NCBI GenBank assembly: GCA_010356995.1
Contig: ML996709.1
Span: 14,606-78,605 of the forward strand
Direction: 5' to 3'
From: Trichodelitschia bisporula
Taxonomy: Eukaryota
Length of the DNA: 64,000 bases
Notes under the pieces: model-generated
Databases searched by the model: none
The model's input: the letters and a program-made list of their open reading frames with translations, nothing else
Told to the model about the DNA's origin: nothing
Shown here: positions 41,184-51,080 of the stretch, one piece after another
How the letters are laid out: the number at the start of each line of letters is the position of its first letter
How positions within the stretch are numbered: position 1 is the first letter of the stretch
Made by a program: the position numbers and the translations under genes

Positions 41184-41530
41184 CCCTGTTTCAAATCCTC
41201 AAAACAAACCTACGGAAGCTTCTCCCTCAAAAGAGATCACTTTCGCAGGCCCCTGAGAAAACAGAACTTTCGGAGAAACAGCTTTGCTGAATCGCGGAAG
41301 AGTCTGGAAACGTGCGAGCGTTTGCTACTAGCAATCGAACTCTGTGGCTGCCTATTTCACCAGTCCACTTCTCTGTCACTGCATAACTTTGCAAACACCA
41401 CACCACGATCGCGGAGACTGCAAATCTTCTCCTCAATCGCCTACCTTCCTCCATCCACCGAACCACTCTACACGCCTAGAGAACTAGTGGAGAGGAACCT
41501 CTGTCAATTCAGATCTTACGATACACCGCC

Positions 41531-43075
41531 ATGGACACCGATATGCCTGACGCTGCCGCTACGGCAGCGCCCCAGGGTGGCGACGGAAACCGTCCGGTCA
41601 ACACTGGCGAGCAGGCTGTAGTCATCCCCTCGATCGCCATTACCAAAGACCAGGAAGAAACTGTCATCATCCTCACCGACGAGAGGGGGTCGCTCGAAGC
41701 CAAACACGGGTCGGCCTTACGGACGTCGGTGCACGCAAACCCTACGCGGTGGTTCCAGGCAATCGTGAGCACGTCTCAGCGTGAGGCGGAGCTACTCGAG
41801 AAAGCTAAGGCGACAAAGAGGAGTTACGACGATGCGATCATCCAGCTGAATCGGTTGACGGTCAAGAACGACGATCTTGACGTCACTTGCGACGAACACG
41901 CCACCAAGCTTTCCTCGAAGAAGCGGGAGTTGGAGATTGCCCTTGCGGACGTAGCGCGTTTGCGGAAACAGCGTGATGACTTCCGCGCCAAAGTCTCTGC
42001 GGCTGAGGAAGAGGTCAAGATGTTGAAGGAGGCGAGTAAGAAGGCAAGCGAGCAATCGTTTGCAGACAATCGTCACCTCCAGCCGGAATACCTTGACTTC
42101 ATGTCGGATGAGGATCGTCTCACTCCGGATATGCCGCTTCGCCCAAAGCCGCGTGGTAGATCTCGGTCCCCGGGTCTCCGCGCCCCGGTAATGAGGCAGC
42201 GGTCGAGGACCCGCAGCAGCCAGAGCTTGAACGTGCGTACATACGTACACAACTATCCTGACGCGCCAAAGTTCTCTGGCACCGACAAGGAGGATAACTA
42301 TCTTCAGTGGAAGATGCAGGTGCAGTCCAAATGGAACATGACCGGAGACGCATACGAATCCACCTGGGCTCGGATCAACTACCTTCGTGATCGCTGCAAG
42401 GGTGCCGCTTTCCAACTGATTTGCGACCGTGCGGATCCTTACGGGAAGAATCCGTACACATCGGTCGATCAGGTTTGGGCGGATCTAGACAAGTATTTTA
42501 AGCCCGAGAACGAGGAGATGACGGCAAGGAACAAGGTTGCGGAAGCGAGCTTCGCGATGCAGCCTGGCGAAGATATCAATGACTTCGTCTTGCGCTTCAC
42601 TGAGACAATACGCCCCCTGGATTATTCCGATGCCGGGAAGGCTCATCTGTTCTACACAAACTTAGTGAGAGCGTTGAGGTTGAAGCTGTCTGACGGACAC
42701 GACCTGCCACCGTTCGTAGATCTCCTCATCCGCGCCAAAAATCTGTTTACGCAGCTCGAGGGCGTGTATGGAAAGGGCAAGGTGGGAATCACCGAGACAC
42801 AGAGGCCGAAGAAGGGTGAGGATGAGAAGCCGAAAGGGAATAGACAGGCGCAGGGCTCGGGAGGATCTACAACTCCGAACCTGCGTATCCCGCACCGTCC
42901 GACCGCCTTATTCGGAGCCCTAAAGGACCAGAATCGCTGTATCCGTTGCGGAGAGGTGGGCCACGAGCATACCGAGAAGGAGAAGTGCCCTCTGTTCGGG
43001 AAAGCCGCGAAGACGAATGCGGAGATGACCGTAATCGTAGCCAGCACCGACGAAGTCAAGCCGTCGGGAAACTAA
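41531..43075 (+). CDS. gag: Retrotransposon Gag (coiled coil, capsid-like region, zinc knuckle)
   Basis: 514-aa ORF; PDAPKFSG; zinc knuckle CIRCGEVGHEHTEKEKC (CX2CX4HX7C). Confidence 0.9.
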   Translation: MDTDMPDAAATAAPQGGDGNRPVNTGEQAVVIPSIAITKDQEETVIILTDERGSLEAKHGSALRTSVHANPTRWFQAIVSTSQREAELLEKAKATKRSYDDAIIQLNRLTVKNDDLDVTCDEHATKLSSKKRELEIALADVARLRKQRDDFRAKVSAAEEEVKMLKEASKKASEQSFADNRHLQPEYLDFMSDEDRLTPDMPLRPKPRGRSRSPGLRAPVMRQRSRTRSSQSLNVRTYVHNYPDAPKFSGTDKEDNYLQWKMQVQSKWNMTGDAYESTWARINYLRDRCKGAAFQLICDRADPYGKNPYTSVDQVWADLDKYFKPENEEMTARNKVAEASFAMQPGEDINDFVLRFTETIRPLDYSDAGKAHLFYTNLVRALRLKLSDGHDLPPFVDLLIRAKNLFTQLEGVYGKGKVGITETQRPKKGEDEKPKGNRQAQGSGGSTTPNLRIPHRPTALFGALKDQNRCIRCGEVGHEHTEKEKCPLFGKAAKTNAEMTVIVASTDEVKPSGN

Positions 43076-43106
43076 AGGCTCCAGGGGGAAGACCTTCCCT
43101 GGGGCT
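43066..43106 (+). promoter_or_regulatory. -1 ribosomal frameshift signal
   Basis: Slippery heptamer G GGA AAC at 43066-43072, directly before the gag TAA, followed by the stem GCTCCAGG..CCTGGGGC. Pol is in the -1 frame. Confidence 0.8.
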
Positions 43107-44649
43107 GAATAGGAACGAGGCAATGAGCACAGTGCGGAAACGCAACCTCAGTGTCCCATCAGAACCACATCGCAAGCCATCGATCGAGGACCTCTGTGAG
43201 GAGGACGTCCTGGCGTTCGGAACAACATTGCAGCCTTGCGCGTTGACAGGGATGATGTGTGAATGCTGTGCTGCTGATTGGGCGAGTAAAAGTACCGATC
43301 CCCTGGGGACGGGTACTTTGCCACAGCCAATTAAAAGAGACTTGAAGATCCAGCCCCTGGGTGGGAGCTTCGCGACACAATGGGAGCTAGAAGCGACCAT
43401 CTGGCCCAATTACCAGGCGAAGCAAGTAAAATGCCTAGTGGATTCCGGAGCTGGAGTGCGTACATTGATCAGTAGACGCCTTGCTGAAGATTTCAAGTTG
43501 AAACCCGCGCGTCTGGGGAGGAAGATCCGACTCCAGCTCGTTGATGGCAGAGTTGTGGAAGAGGAGGCGGAGACAGTGACCCTCCGGATCCGATTCGGTA
43601 CAGGCGATGGCCATACCGAAGAGATAACGGGTTACCTAGCTTCGCTGAGTCAGTGGGACGTGCTCCTAGGCATGCCATGGCTGGACGACCACAACCCAGA
43701 CATGAAGCCGCAGCCGAGGCGACTAACGTTCAATTCTGACTTCTGTCTCAAGAACTGCTGTGCGGGAGGGAAACCGGTGATCGTACAAGGCCGGTCCGTA
43801 AGGCACCAACCTGAGAAGCTCGAGGACATCCGCGAGGTATGCGCAGAAGCATTCCTGGAGCTCGCTCGGGACCCCGATATCGAAATACTGGCGTTGTCAT
43901 TCAAGCAACTAGAAGCATGGGCAAAGACGGGCGAGCTGGATAAGCCTGACTTCTGTTATGACGTATCAGCCGTGTCACAAGCAGACATCGACCGATACTT
44001 TGAAAAGCGCGCTAAGGGCCTGCTGAGCATAGAGGAGCTGAAGAAGCGCGTCCCTGAATGCCTACACGAATTCGTCGATCGTTTCGATCCGAAGGAAGCC
44101 GATAAGCTGCCGCCACACCGGGAGGGTGTGGACCACGTCATTGAGTTAGTGCCCGGTGCCCAACCTCCGCATCGGAAGATCTATGGGACGTCACCCGAGA
44201 AGGCCCTCGTCATCAAGACCTACATCGAGGACATGCTGAAGAAGAGGTTTATCAGACCTAGCAAATCGAGCTTCGCCTCCCCGCTCCACATCGCGAAGAA
44301 ACCGGACGGAGGAGTGCGCGTCTGCGTGGATTACAGAGAGTTAAATGCACTCACCATAAAGGACAGAAACTGCCCACCGCGGTTGCAGGAGACGATGCTG
44401 CGCTTACGTCGGATGAAGTGGTTCACCAAGCTAGACATCATCCACGCGTTCAATGAGATCAGGGTAAAACAGGGCTGTGAGCACATGACGGCTTTCCTAA
44501 CAAGGTACGGGCTCTTCGAGTACCTGGTGATGCCGTTCGGGTTGTGCAATTCCCCCGGAACCTTCCAGAGGTTCATCAACAGCGTTCTATTCGAGTATCT
44601 CGATAAGTTCGCCTCATGCTACAGCGATGACAGCCGAAACGAATTATGA
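43073..44649 (+). pseudogene. pol: Pol 5' part: aspartic protease and truncated reverse transcriptase
   Basis: CLVDSGA; RVCVDYRELN; FTKLDI; YLVMPFGLCNSPGTFQ; ends five residues after YSDD. Confidence 0.9.
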
Positions 44650-46828
44650 GATTTATGATAAAGAACTGCTCGCAATCGTCAAGGCGTTCGACACCTGGCA
44701 TTCGGAGCTCGGAAACGCGGGGCAGAAGGACCCTGTGAAGGTTATCAGCGACCACAAGAACCTGAAGTACTTCATGGAGACGAAGAAACTCACGCCGAGA
44801 CAGTTCCGTTGGGCTGAATTCTTAAGCCAGTTCAACTTCAAGATCACGTACGAGCCGGGAGAAACGAACAAAGCCGATCCACTGACTCGTCGGGAGCAAG
44901 ACCTGCCGGTAGGGGAGGACGATCCACGGCTCCAGGTACTCCATAGGACAATTTTGAAAGCCGAGAATGTCGAGCCAGGGATGGCTGTCGCGGCAATTGT
45001 TGCACATGAGCTTATCGACGACGTAATAATGGGGCTCCCGGAGATCATCGCCAGCATATACGCTATGGCAGAAGCGGAAGAGCGGCAAATTAATGATCCG
45101 GATCTTCACTCCGATGAGAGTTCGGGCGACGAGGACGAACCTGAATTGCTTGACCCCGAAGAGCTTCTCGAGGAAATCAGTAAGGCGTGGCCAGAAGGGT
45201 CACCAGATAGCCACGAGGATCCGGTCTTCGCCGCAATTGTCGCCGCGAAGCAGAGCGACATGAGGAGGATTCCTCTCTCGCTAATCCGCAGTGGCATTCG
45301 TGTTGAGCTAAGTCGGTGTTCCATTCAAGACAGGATACTGATGCACGGAAAACGCGTCTACGTCCCTGACGTGGGAGACCTGCGGGCGAAAGTCATTCGG
45401 ATGTTCCATGACACGAAAGCCTCGGGCCACGCCGGCCGATCAACCACGTTCGCCAGAGTATGTGAGGGATACTTCTGGCCGGGAATGTCAGCCACCGTCG
45501 CACGCTATGTCAAAGCCTGTCGGGGTTGCTCGCTCTCCCGTACGTCGAGGGAGGGGAAGCACGGTCTTCTCCAGCCACTACCTATCCCTGACAAGTACTG
45601 GACGGATATCAGTATGGACTTCGTCACAGAGCTTCCCCCGTGCCACGCATACGGCAGGATCTTTAGGCACATCCTGGTCATTGTCGACAGACTGTCGAAG
45701 AGACGCCGGTTCATCGCGATGGACTCGCTCGAAGCGGAGGCCGTAGCGACAGCGTACATCGAACACGTCTGGAGATCGGAAGGGTTCCCAAAGTCGATCG
45801 TTTCCGACCGAGGGTCCCAGTTCACGTCACACTTCTGGCGTCGCCTCTGCGAGCGCACCGGAACAAAGCCGAAGCTGTCAACAGCATTCCACCCGGAGAC
45901 CGACGGACAGACGGAACGTGCAAACGCAGGTCTAAAGCAGTATTTACGCTGCTTCACCAATTACCTACAGAGTGATTGGGTAGATCTACTGCCGTTCGCC
46001 GAGTTTGAGGCCAATGCGGCACCTAGCGAGTCGACAGGCATTGCGCCGTTCCTGGCCACCAAGGGATACATTCCGAACGCGGGGTTGCAACCAGAATTTC
46101 CCCCTGTACCGCGTGAACCTGCGCACGTGAAGCTCGAAGTTGATAAAGCGGATAAGCTAGCGCAGCGCATCGGCTGCCTCCAGAGCATGTTAAAGGACAA
46201 CCTGGCGTGGAGTCAGGCTAGGCAGAAGGAGTTTGCCGACAGGAAGCGTCTCCCTGCCCCGGAGCTGATGCCTGGGGATTACGTATTCCTGGACTCCCGA
46301 AACATCAAGACAGAACGCCCGAGCCGTTCCCTCGATCACAAACGCATGGGACCCTTCAAGGTCTTGCAAGTAGTCGATGGAAGCGCCTGCGAGTTAGAGC
46401 TCCCAGACACAATGAAGATCCACCCTGTGTTCCACAACTGGCTCTTAGAGCTAGCAGACGCGGAACCAATCACCGGGCAGCGACAGAAGACCCCGGAACC
46501 AATTGTCACGGAAGATGGAGATCCCGAATGGATCGTTCAGGAGATTGCGGACAGTCGGTGGGCTCCTCGGGAGGCTGATCCGTCCGACACTCGTCGCGGG
46601 AAGCACCGCCGAAAGCTACTACAGTACAAGATCAAGTACTCCGGCTTCCCTGATTGGAACAAGAACCCTCAATGGCAGCCGTATTGGGACACAGTCGGAT
46701 GCCGGGGCTTGCTCGAAGCTTATCACAGTGCCAATCCGACAAAGGCCGGTCCACACCCGAGCTTTGGCAACAAGGAAAGTTGGGAGGAGATTACCAATGA
46801 GATGTATCGTCTCTCCAATAACAGCTGA
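44627..46828 (+). CDS. pol: Pol 3' part: partial RNase H, integrase, chromodomain
   Basis: AETNYEIYDKELLAIV; SDHKNL; HHCC motif (HDT..GH..CRGC); SMDFV/VSDRG/TERAN catalytic triad; GPFKV; chromodomain WIVQEIADSR..YKIKYSGF. Confidence 0.9.
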   Translation: MTAETNYEIYDKELLAIVKAFDTWHSELGNAGQKDPVKVISDHKNLKYFMETKKLTPRQFRWAEFLSQFNFKITYEPGETNKADPLTRREQDLPVGEDDPRLQVLHRTILKAENVEPGMAVAAIVAHELIDDVIMGLPEIIASIYAMAEAEERQINDPDLHSDESSGDEDEPELLDPEELLEEISKAWPEGSPDSHEDPVFAAIVAAKQSDMRRIPLSLIRSGIRVELSRCSIQDRILMHGKRVYVPDVGDLRAKVIRMFHDTKASGHAGRSTTFARVCEGYFWPGMSATVARYVKACRGCSLSRTSREGKHGLLQPLPIPDKYWTDISMDFVTELPPCHAYGRIFRHILVIVDRLSKRRRFIAMDSLEAEAVATAYIEHVWRSEGFPKSIVSDRGSQFTSHFWRRLCERTGTKPKLSTAFHPETDGQTERANAGLKQYLRCFTNYLQSDWVDLLPFAEFEANAAPSESTGIAPFLATKGYIPNAGLQPEFPPVPREPAHVKLEVDKADKLAQRIGCLQSMLKDNLAWSQARQKEFADRKRLPAPELMPGDYVFLDSRNIKTERPSRSLDHKRMGPFKVLQVVDGSACELELPDTMKIHPVFHNWLLELADAEPITGQRQKTPEPIVTEDGDPEWIVQEIADSRWAPREADPSDTRRGKHRRKLLQYKIKYSGFPDWNKNPQWQPYWDTVGCRGLLEAYHSANPTKAGPHPSFGNKESWEEITNEMYRLSNNS

Positions 46829-46861
46829 GGGGGGGGGCATTCTTTCGAAGGGGGGGGGTCG

Positions 46862-47069
46862 TGTCACGGTATGACACCCGGTTTCTGTTGCTCCATGGGC
46901 TCGCACCATCACCGGGTTTGTATGGGGCTTGGCGCTGTGCCAAGCCGCCACACTCACACTCGTACACCAGGCCTACTTACCCGCAGTCCCTGACACCTTT
47001 ACTCCGTAGCTTTACAATCTACGTCTTACCCACATCTTGATCGTGCATGCGTGATTGTTGACGGTGACA
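46862..47069 (+). repeat. 3' LTR (208 bp)
   Basis: Identical to the 5' LTR; preceded by a G-rich polypurine tract. Confidence 0.97.
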
Positions 47070-47131
47070 GGTTTTGCCTCATAGATGCCTTACTAACAGA
47101 ACCACCGAAGCTATAGCCCCTATGGCTGATA

Positions 47132-47534
47132 AGTGGCACCAACAGCCAGGTACGGAACTCGGACCTCTAGGTCTTGTCTGTCTGTCAGTCATATTGACTA
47201 TGTTCAATAGGGCAACCATTACTGCTCCCGCGACTATGGCTCCGGCGCGGCCAACTCCAACTCGTACCATTATTCAACACGTAAGTCAATGTTCCACACT
47301 TCTATGTCGCCGATCTGTCAGCCAGGGATCGACTACATCTTTCCAGCAAGAGTAGAAACCGAGCTAACAAATATCTCTCTCAGGAATGGCTAGTACTACT
47401 ACTCCAACCCCAATGGCAGCACCTACTACAACGACGGAGCTGGCAGACCCACCTACACTGCGCCCGGCGGTGATAGCTCGTCCTCCGGGGGGAACACCGG
47501 CAGCAGCGGTAGCAGCGGTACTTCCGGCAAGTAG
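47132..47534 (+). pseudogene. Small Tyr/Ser/Asn/Gly-rich fungal protein, 5'-truncated and disrupted
   Basis: Spliced reading SGTNSQ | GNHYCSRDYGSGAANSNSYHYS | NG*YYYSNPNGSTYYNDGAGRPTYTAPGG..GK*. Introns 47150-47210 and 47281-47383; the second has a GCTAAC branch site. Apparent 1-bp loss near 47275 and a TAG at 47391-47393. Confidence 0.75.
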
Positions 47535-48163
47535 TAGGCTGGTCGAACAGATCCAACAGTCTGGGCGATAGGCCGTTGGTGGTGGGTGGTGGTTTTCCGT
47601 GGGTAAAGTCGGGCTGCTAGCATGTAGTCGGAGCTTGATGGGTCTCCGCTTGTCTACCGTAGAAGCAGAACCCTATTGCGACTCCCACCACCAAAGATGG
47701 AAGGAAAGCTCATGTACATGTTTGCCGCTGACAGGTCGCTACGGCGGGGCAATGTCCAAGTAGTCACGACCTCATTGACCAGCGACAAGATAAAGAGTGC
47801 GGGGCGACTTTACTCTGTAGGCAGGTTGCAACATGATGTAGGGAAGTGCTCACCGTGACTGCCGCTTACTGATTGGCCGCGAATTTCAGCCTTTCCGCCT
47901 TCTCCATCAAGTCCCCTCGCTCCTTCACTGCAGATGGAACTGTCAAGTATGCAGTTACCGTTCTTGACATTGTAGAATCAGCAATTTCCATGTGGACCTT
48001 AAAGAGTCAACCTGTCCCGGAGAAAACTTCAGAACCAAGCATCCGTGTATCATCCATCCGTCCAAGATATACACTCACAAAGTCTTCATACTCTCCATAT
48101 CTCACCCATTTTTCCAAGTACCTTTCCATTTTCTCACCCACTTCATCAGACTTCACCGCAATC

Positions 48164-50743
48164 ATGGCTCCTCCGGCCGTTTCCATCCTCAACCACTTCA
48201 CAGCGCCCAAGCTGCAGATGCTCGAAACGCGGCGCGCCGCCTTCCAGACCATCCACAACAAAGTCGTCGCCGAGGCAAAGGCCATGCCCAACCGGGCCGA
48301 AGCCGTCAGGCACCCCTACGAAGCGTACTCCTCCGCCCCGCTACTCCGACGCAACATCGAGACCTTCCAGAACCTCAAAAACCTTCTCCTACAGGCCACC
48401 GCCGACCCGTCCATCTCGAAGACCCAGCTTGACGAATGGTGGGATGCGTTGACGCGGGAGTTCGAGAACCAGGAACGACGTTACGAGTATGCCGTACTGT
48501 TCAGAAAACTGGTCAATGAGTGGGTTGAGACATCGGGGCATGGCCGCCTTGCCTCGCCTTCTGGGGAAGACTTCGAACCGGTTGGCCGCAAGGAGATGCA
48601 CGAGCAGCGCGCGCAGTGGGAGAAGTATGCCATTACGGAAAAGAAGGTGGACCGCGAGGCCATCCGCACCTACCTCGAAGACCTCTTTGGAGACGCCAAA
48701 GGGCAGGCGCTGATGAAGTTGCGGGAAAAGACGGGTATGGGGGAAAGCAAGGATAAGAAGAAGGACTTCAAGCTAAAGCCACTCTCTGTGGAGGATGTCG
48801 AGCTCGCCATCGCCGGAGTGTTGCAGTCGGATATCTTCACCGGCCAGAAGCGGCAGGAACTGGTCAAACTGCAGATTAAAGACGCCGTCCTGGCCGAGAT
48901 TGCGGACGTGGTCAACATGGACCTGACTTCCCTGGACAGCTGGCAGTGGGAACCGAATCCGATGACTGTCCAGATGCGGCGGCAGCTCAATGGCATATAT
49001 CGTGCGTTCTACGACGAGGAGATCCATGTGGCCATCCTTCTGTACTACATCGGGTGCGAATGGGGCTCTCGCTTCAATGAAGCATTCAAAGCATTCTACA
49101 AAGCTGGATGGATTCATACCTTCACTACCCTCGATGGCCGCACAAAAAAGCGCTGGGAAAAATTCATCGGCAAGACGCCATATGAGAAAGCTCTGACCTG
49201 CTTGCGGGAGACCACGTTCGGCAGGACCTACTTCATGGTGCAGATGCCGAAATCTCTCGGGAAGAATGCCCCCACCTACGACGACGACGATGAAGATTAG
49301 GATGATTTTGGTTGCCGCTCCGACCACCACAAGTCATCGAAGAAGCAGCGGCCAGTCAACATCAAAGAGGCCATGCATCGCCTAGCCACGACGGAGATGC
49401 TCGTCAACAGCAAGTTGCATGGTCAGTTCACCATGTGGGCAACCGACTTCAAGTGGTTCGGGCCGAGTATGTCGCACGAAACTGTATGCACGGTGCTCGA
49501 GTTCCTCGGTGTCTCCAAAAAGTGGCTGGCATTCTTCAAAAGGTTCCTCTCGGCGGATATCGTCTTTGAGCAAGATGGGCCCAACGCGCAGCCTCAGACA
49601 CGAAAGTGCGGGCTTCCGCTGAGCCATGTGCTCAGCGACACGATGAGCGAGGCTGTGCTCTTCTACCTGGACTATGCTATCAACAAGTGGACATACGGCT
49701 CGTTCCTCTACCGCTTCCACGACGTGTGGTTCTGGGGGCAGGAGAGCAAATGCATTGAGGCATGGAAGACGATCACTGAGTTTTCCAAACTAATGGGCCT
49801 CGAACTCAACGAGAGCAAGACGGGCTGCGTCCACATCGTTGACAAGGTCGCAGACGGCTTGGACAAGAAAGGTGCACGCGCACTTCCAGCCGGACTCCCG
49901 CAGGGTGATATCGTCTGGGGTCTCCTGCGCCTCGATGGGGTGAGCGGGCGCTGGCTCATCGACACCAAGAAGGTGGACGAGCACGTTGCGGAGCTTGGGC
50001 TCCAGCTCAAGGCTTGTCGCAGTGTCTTTGCCTGGATTCAGGCATGGAATGGCTATTTCCACCACTTCTTCCGCACCAACTTTGGACGGCCGGCAGAGTG
50101 CTTCGGCCAGGAGCATGTCCGGATGGTCATCAAGATGTTCCAGTATGTTCATAGCGAGCTCTTCGGCGACGAGGGTGTGACATCGCATCTGCGTGCTATG
50201 ATCGGAGAGCGCTCTGGTATGCGTGACCTCCCGGAGGGATTCTTCCAGTTCCCCGTCAACAGAGGCGGCCTGCAGCTTTGCAATCCTTTCTTGGCGCTAT
50301 TCGCCGTCCTCGAGAACACGAGCAAAAACCCAGCGGCCAAGTTGGAGGAGGCACTTGACGAGGCCAAGGCAAAGTACAAAGGGCTGAGCAATGCGTACGA
50401 GATAGGTGAAGTTCCCGCCACTCATGTCGGCTTCCTGAAGGAGGATGAGCTGTTCATAAGTCTCGAGAAGTACATGAGCTACGCGGAAGACACTAGCGAG
50501 GAGTTGTCTGTGGCTTGTTGGAAGCTCACGAAGGTTTCTGAGGAGGAGATGATCAAGATGTCGCCAGAACTTATGAGGTACATGGACAACACCCCGGACC
50601 ATCCATACTGGCGCTGGGCTCTGGAACTGTATGGGCCGGAAGTGATAGAGAGGTTCGGCGGTCTGCAGATGGGCGAGCGTGAACTTCTGCCGCTTTGGCT
50701 TGTGGCCGCGCTTCGCAGCGAGAGGACGCGCTGGCAAGGTTAG
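48164..50743 (+). pseudogene. rvt: Cellular reverse-transcriptase-related gene (rvt), interrupted by one in-frame TAG
   Basis: Coiled-coil N-terminus; RYEYAVLFRKLVNEW; VGRKEMHEQRAQWE; EIADV; RRQLNGIYRAFYDEE; TDFKWFGPS; GLPLSHVLSD; LYRFHDVWFWG; MGLELNESKTG; WGLLRLD; SVFAWIQAWN; GGLQLCNPF. The two ORFs are in the same frame (offset 1500 nt), separated by TAG 49298-49300. Confidence 0.88.
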
Positions 50744-51080
50744 GTTGGCGGTGCTTCAGAATGTCAGGTATGAGTACATACTTGATTGAACCACAGGAGG
50801 TGGAGCTACACTAGACAGTATACCCAAATCACAACTCTTTTCATTTGCGCTAGCTGTTGTCGAGCCTTGATATGTTTTTGAAACGCCGAGGAGGGTGGCA
50901 GGACGACAGGTGATGTCGTCATCGGGGAGATGGAGATCCAAACCCGCATGCTGTCATCGGGACCGGCGAGAGGAGCAGCCAAGATAGAAAAAGATTGCAA
51001 AACCGGGGTCGACGTCTATCTGCGTGATACTCCATACATGCCCAACATCTGCACAATAACCTACCGATACGGGTATCCAA

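Larger units (their letters stand above)
40964..47069 (+). mobile_element. Ty3/Gypsy chromovirus LTR retrotransposon, recent insertion with an internal RT/RNase H deletion
   Basis: TG..CA LTRs at 40964-41171 and 46862-47069; GGTTT target-site duplication at 40959-40963 and 47070-47074; domain order gag, PR, RT, RH, IN, chromodomain; polypurine tract 46847-46858. Confidence 0.97.

Noticed and set aside
47873..48163. 97-aa N-terminal extension of rvt in the ORF track
   Set aside because: It begins at TTG and has UTR-like pyrimidine-rich composition; ATG 48164 (GCAATCATGG) fits the expected rvt N-terminus better.
44620..49726. Idea that rvt supplies the RT missing from the neighbouring Gypsy element
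   Set aside because: RVT proteins lack RNase H and are not known to copy retroelement RNA, and this copy is itself damaged. The adjacency is more simply explained by insertion into a dispensable region.
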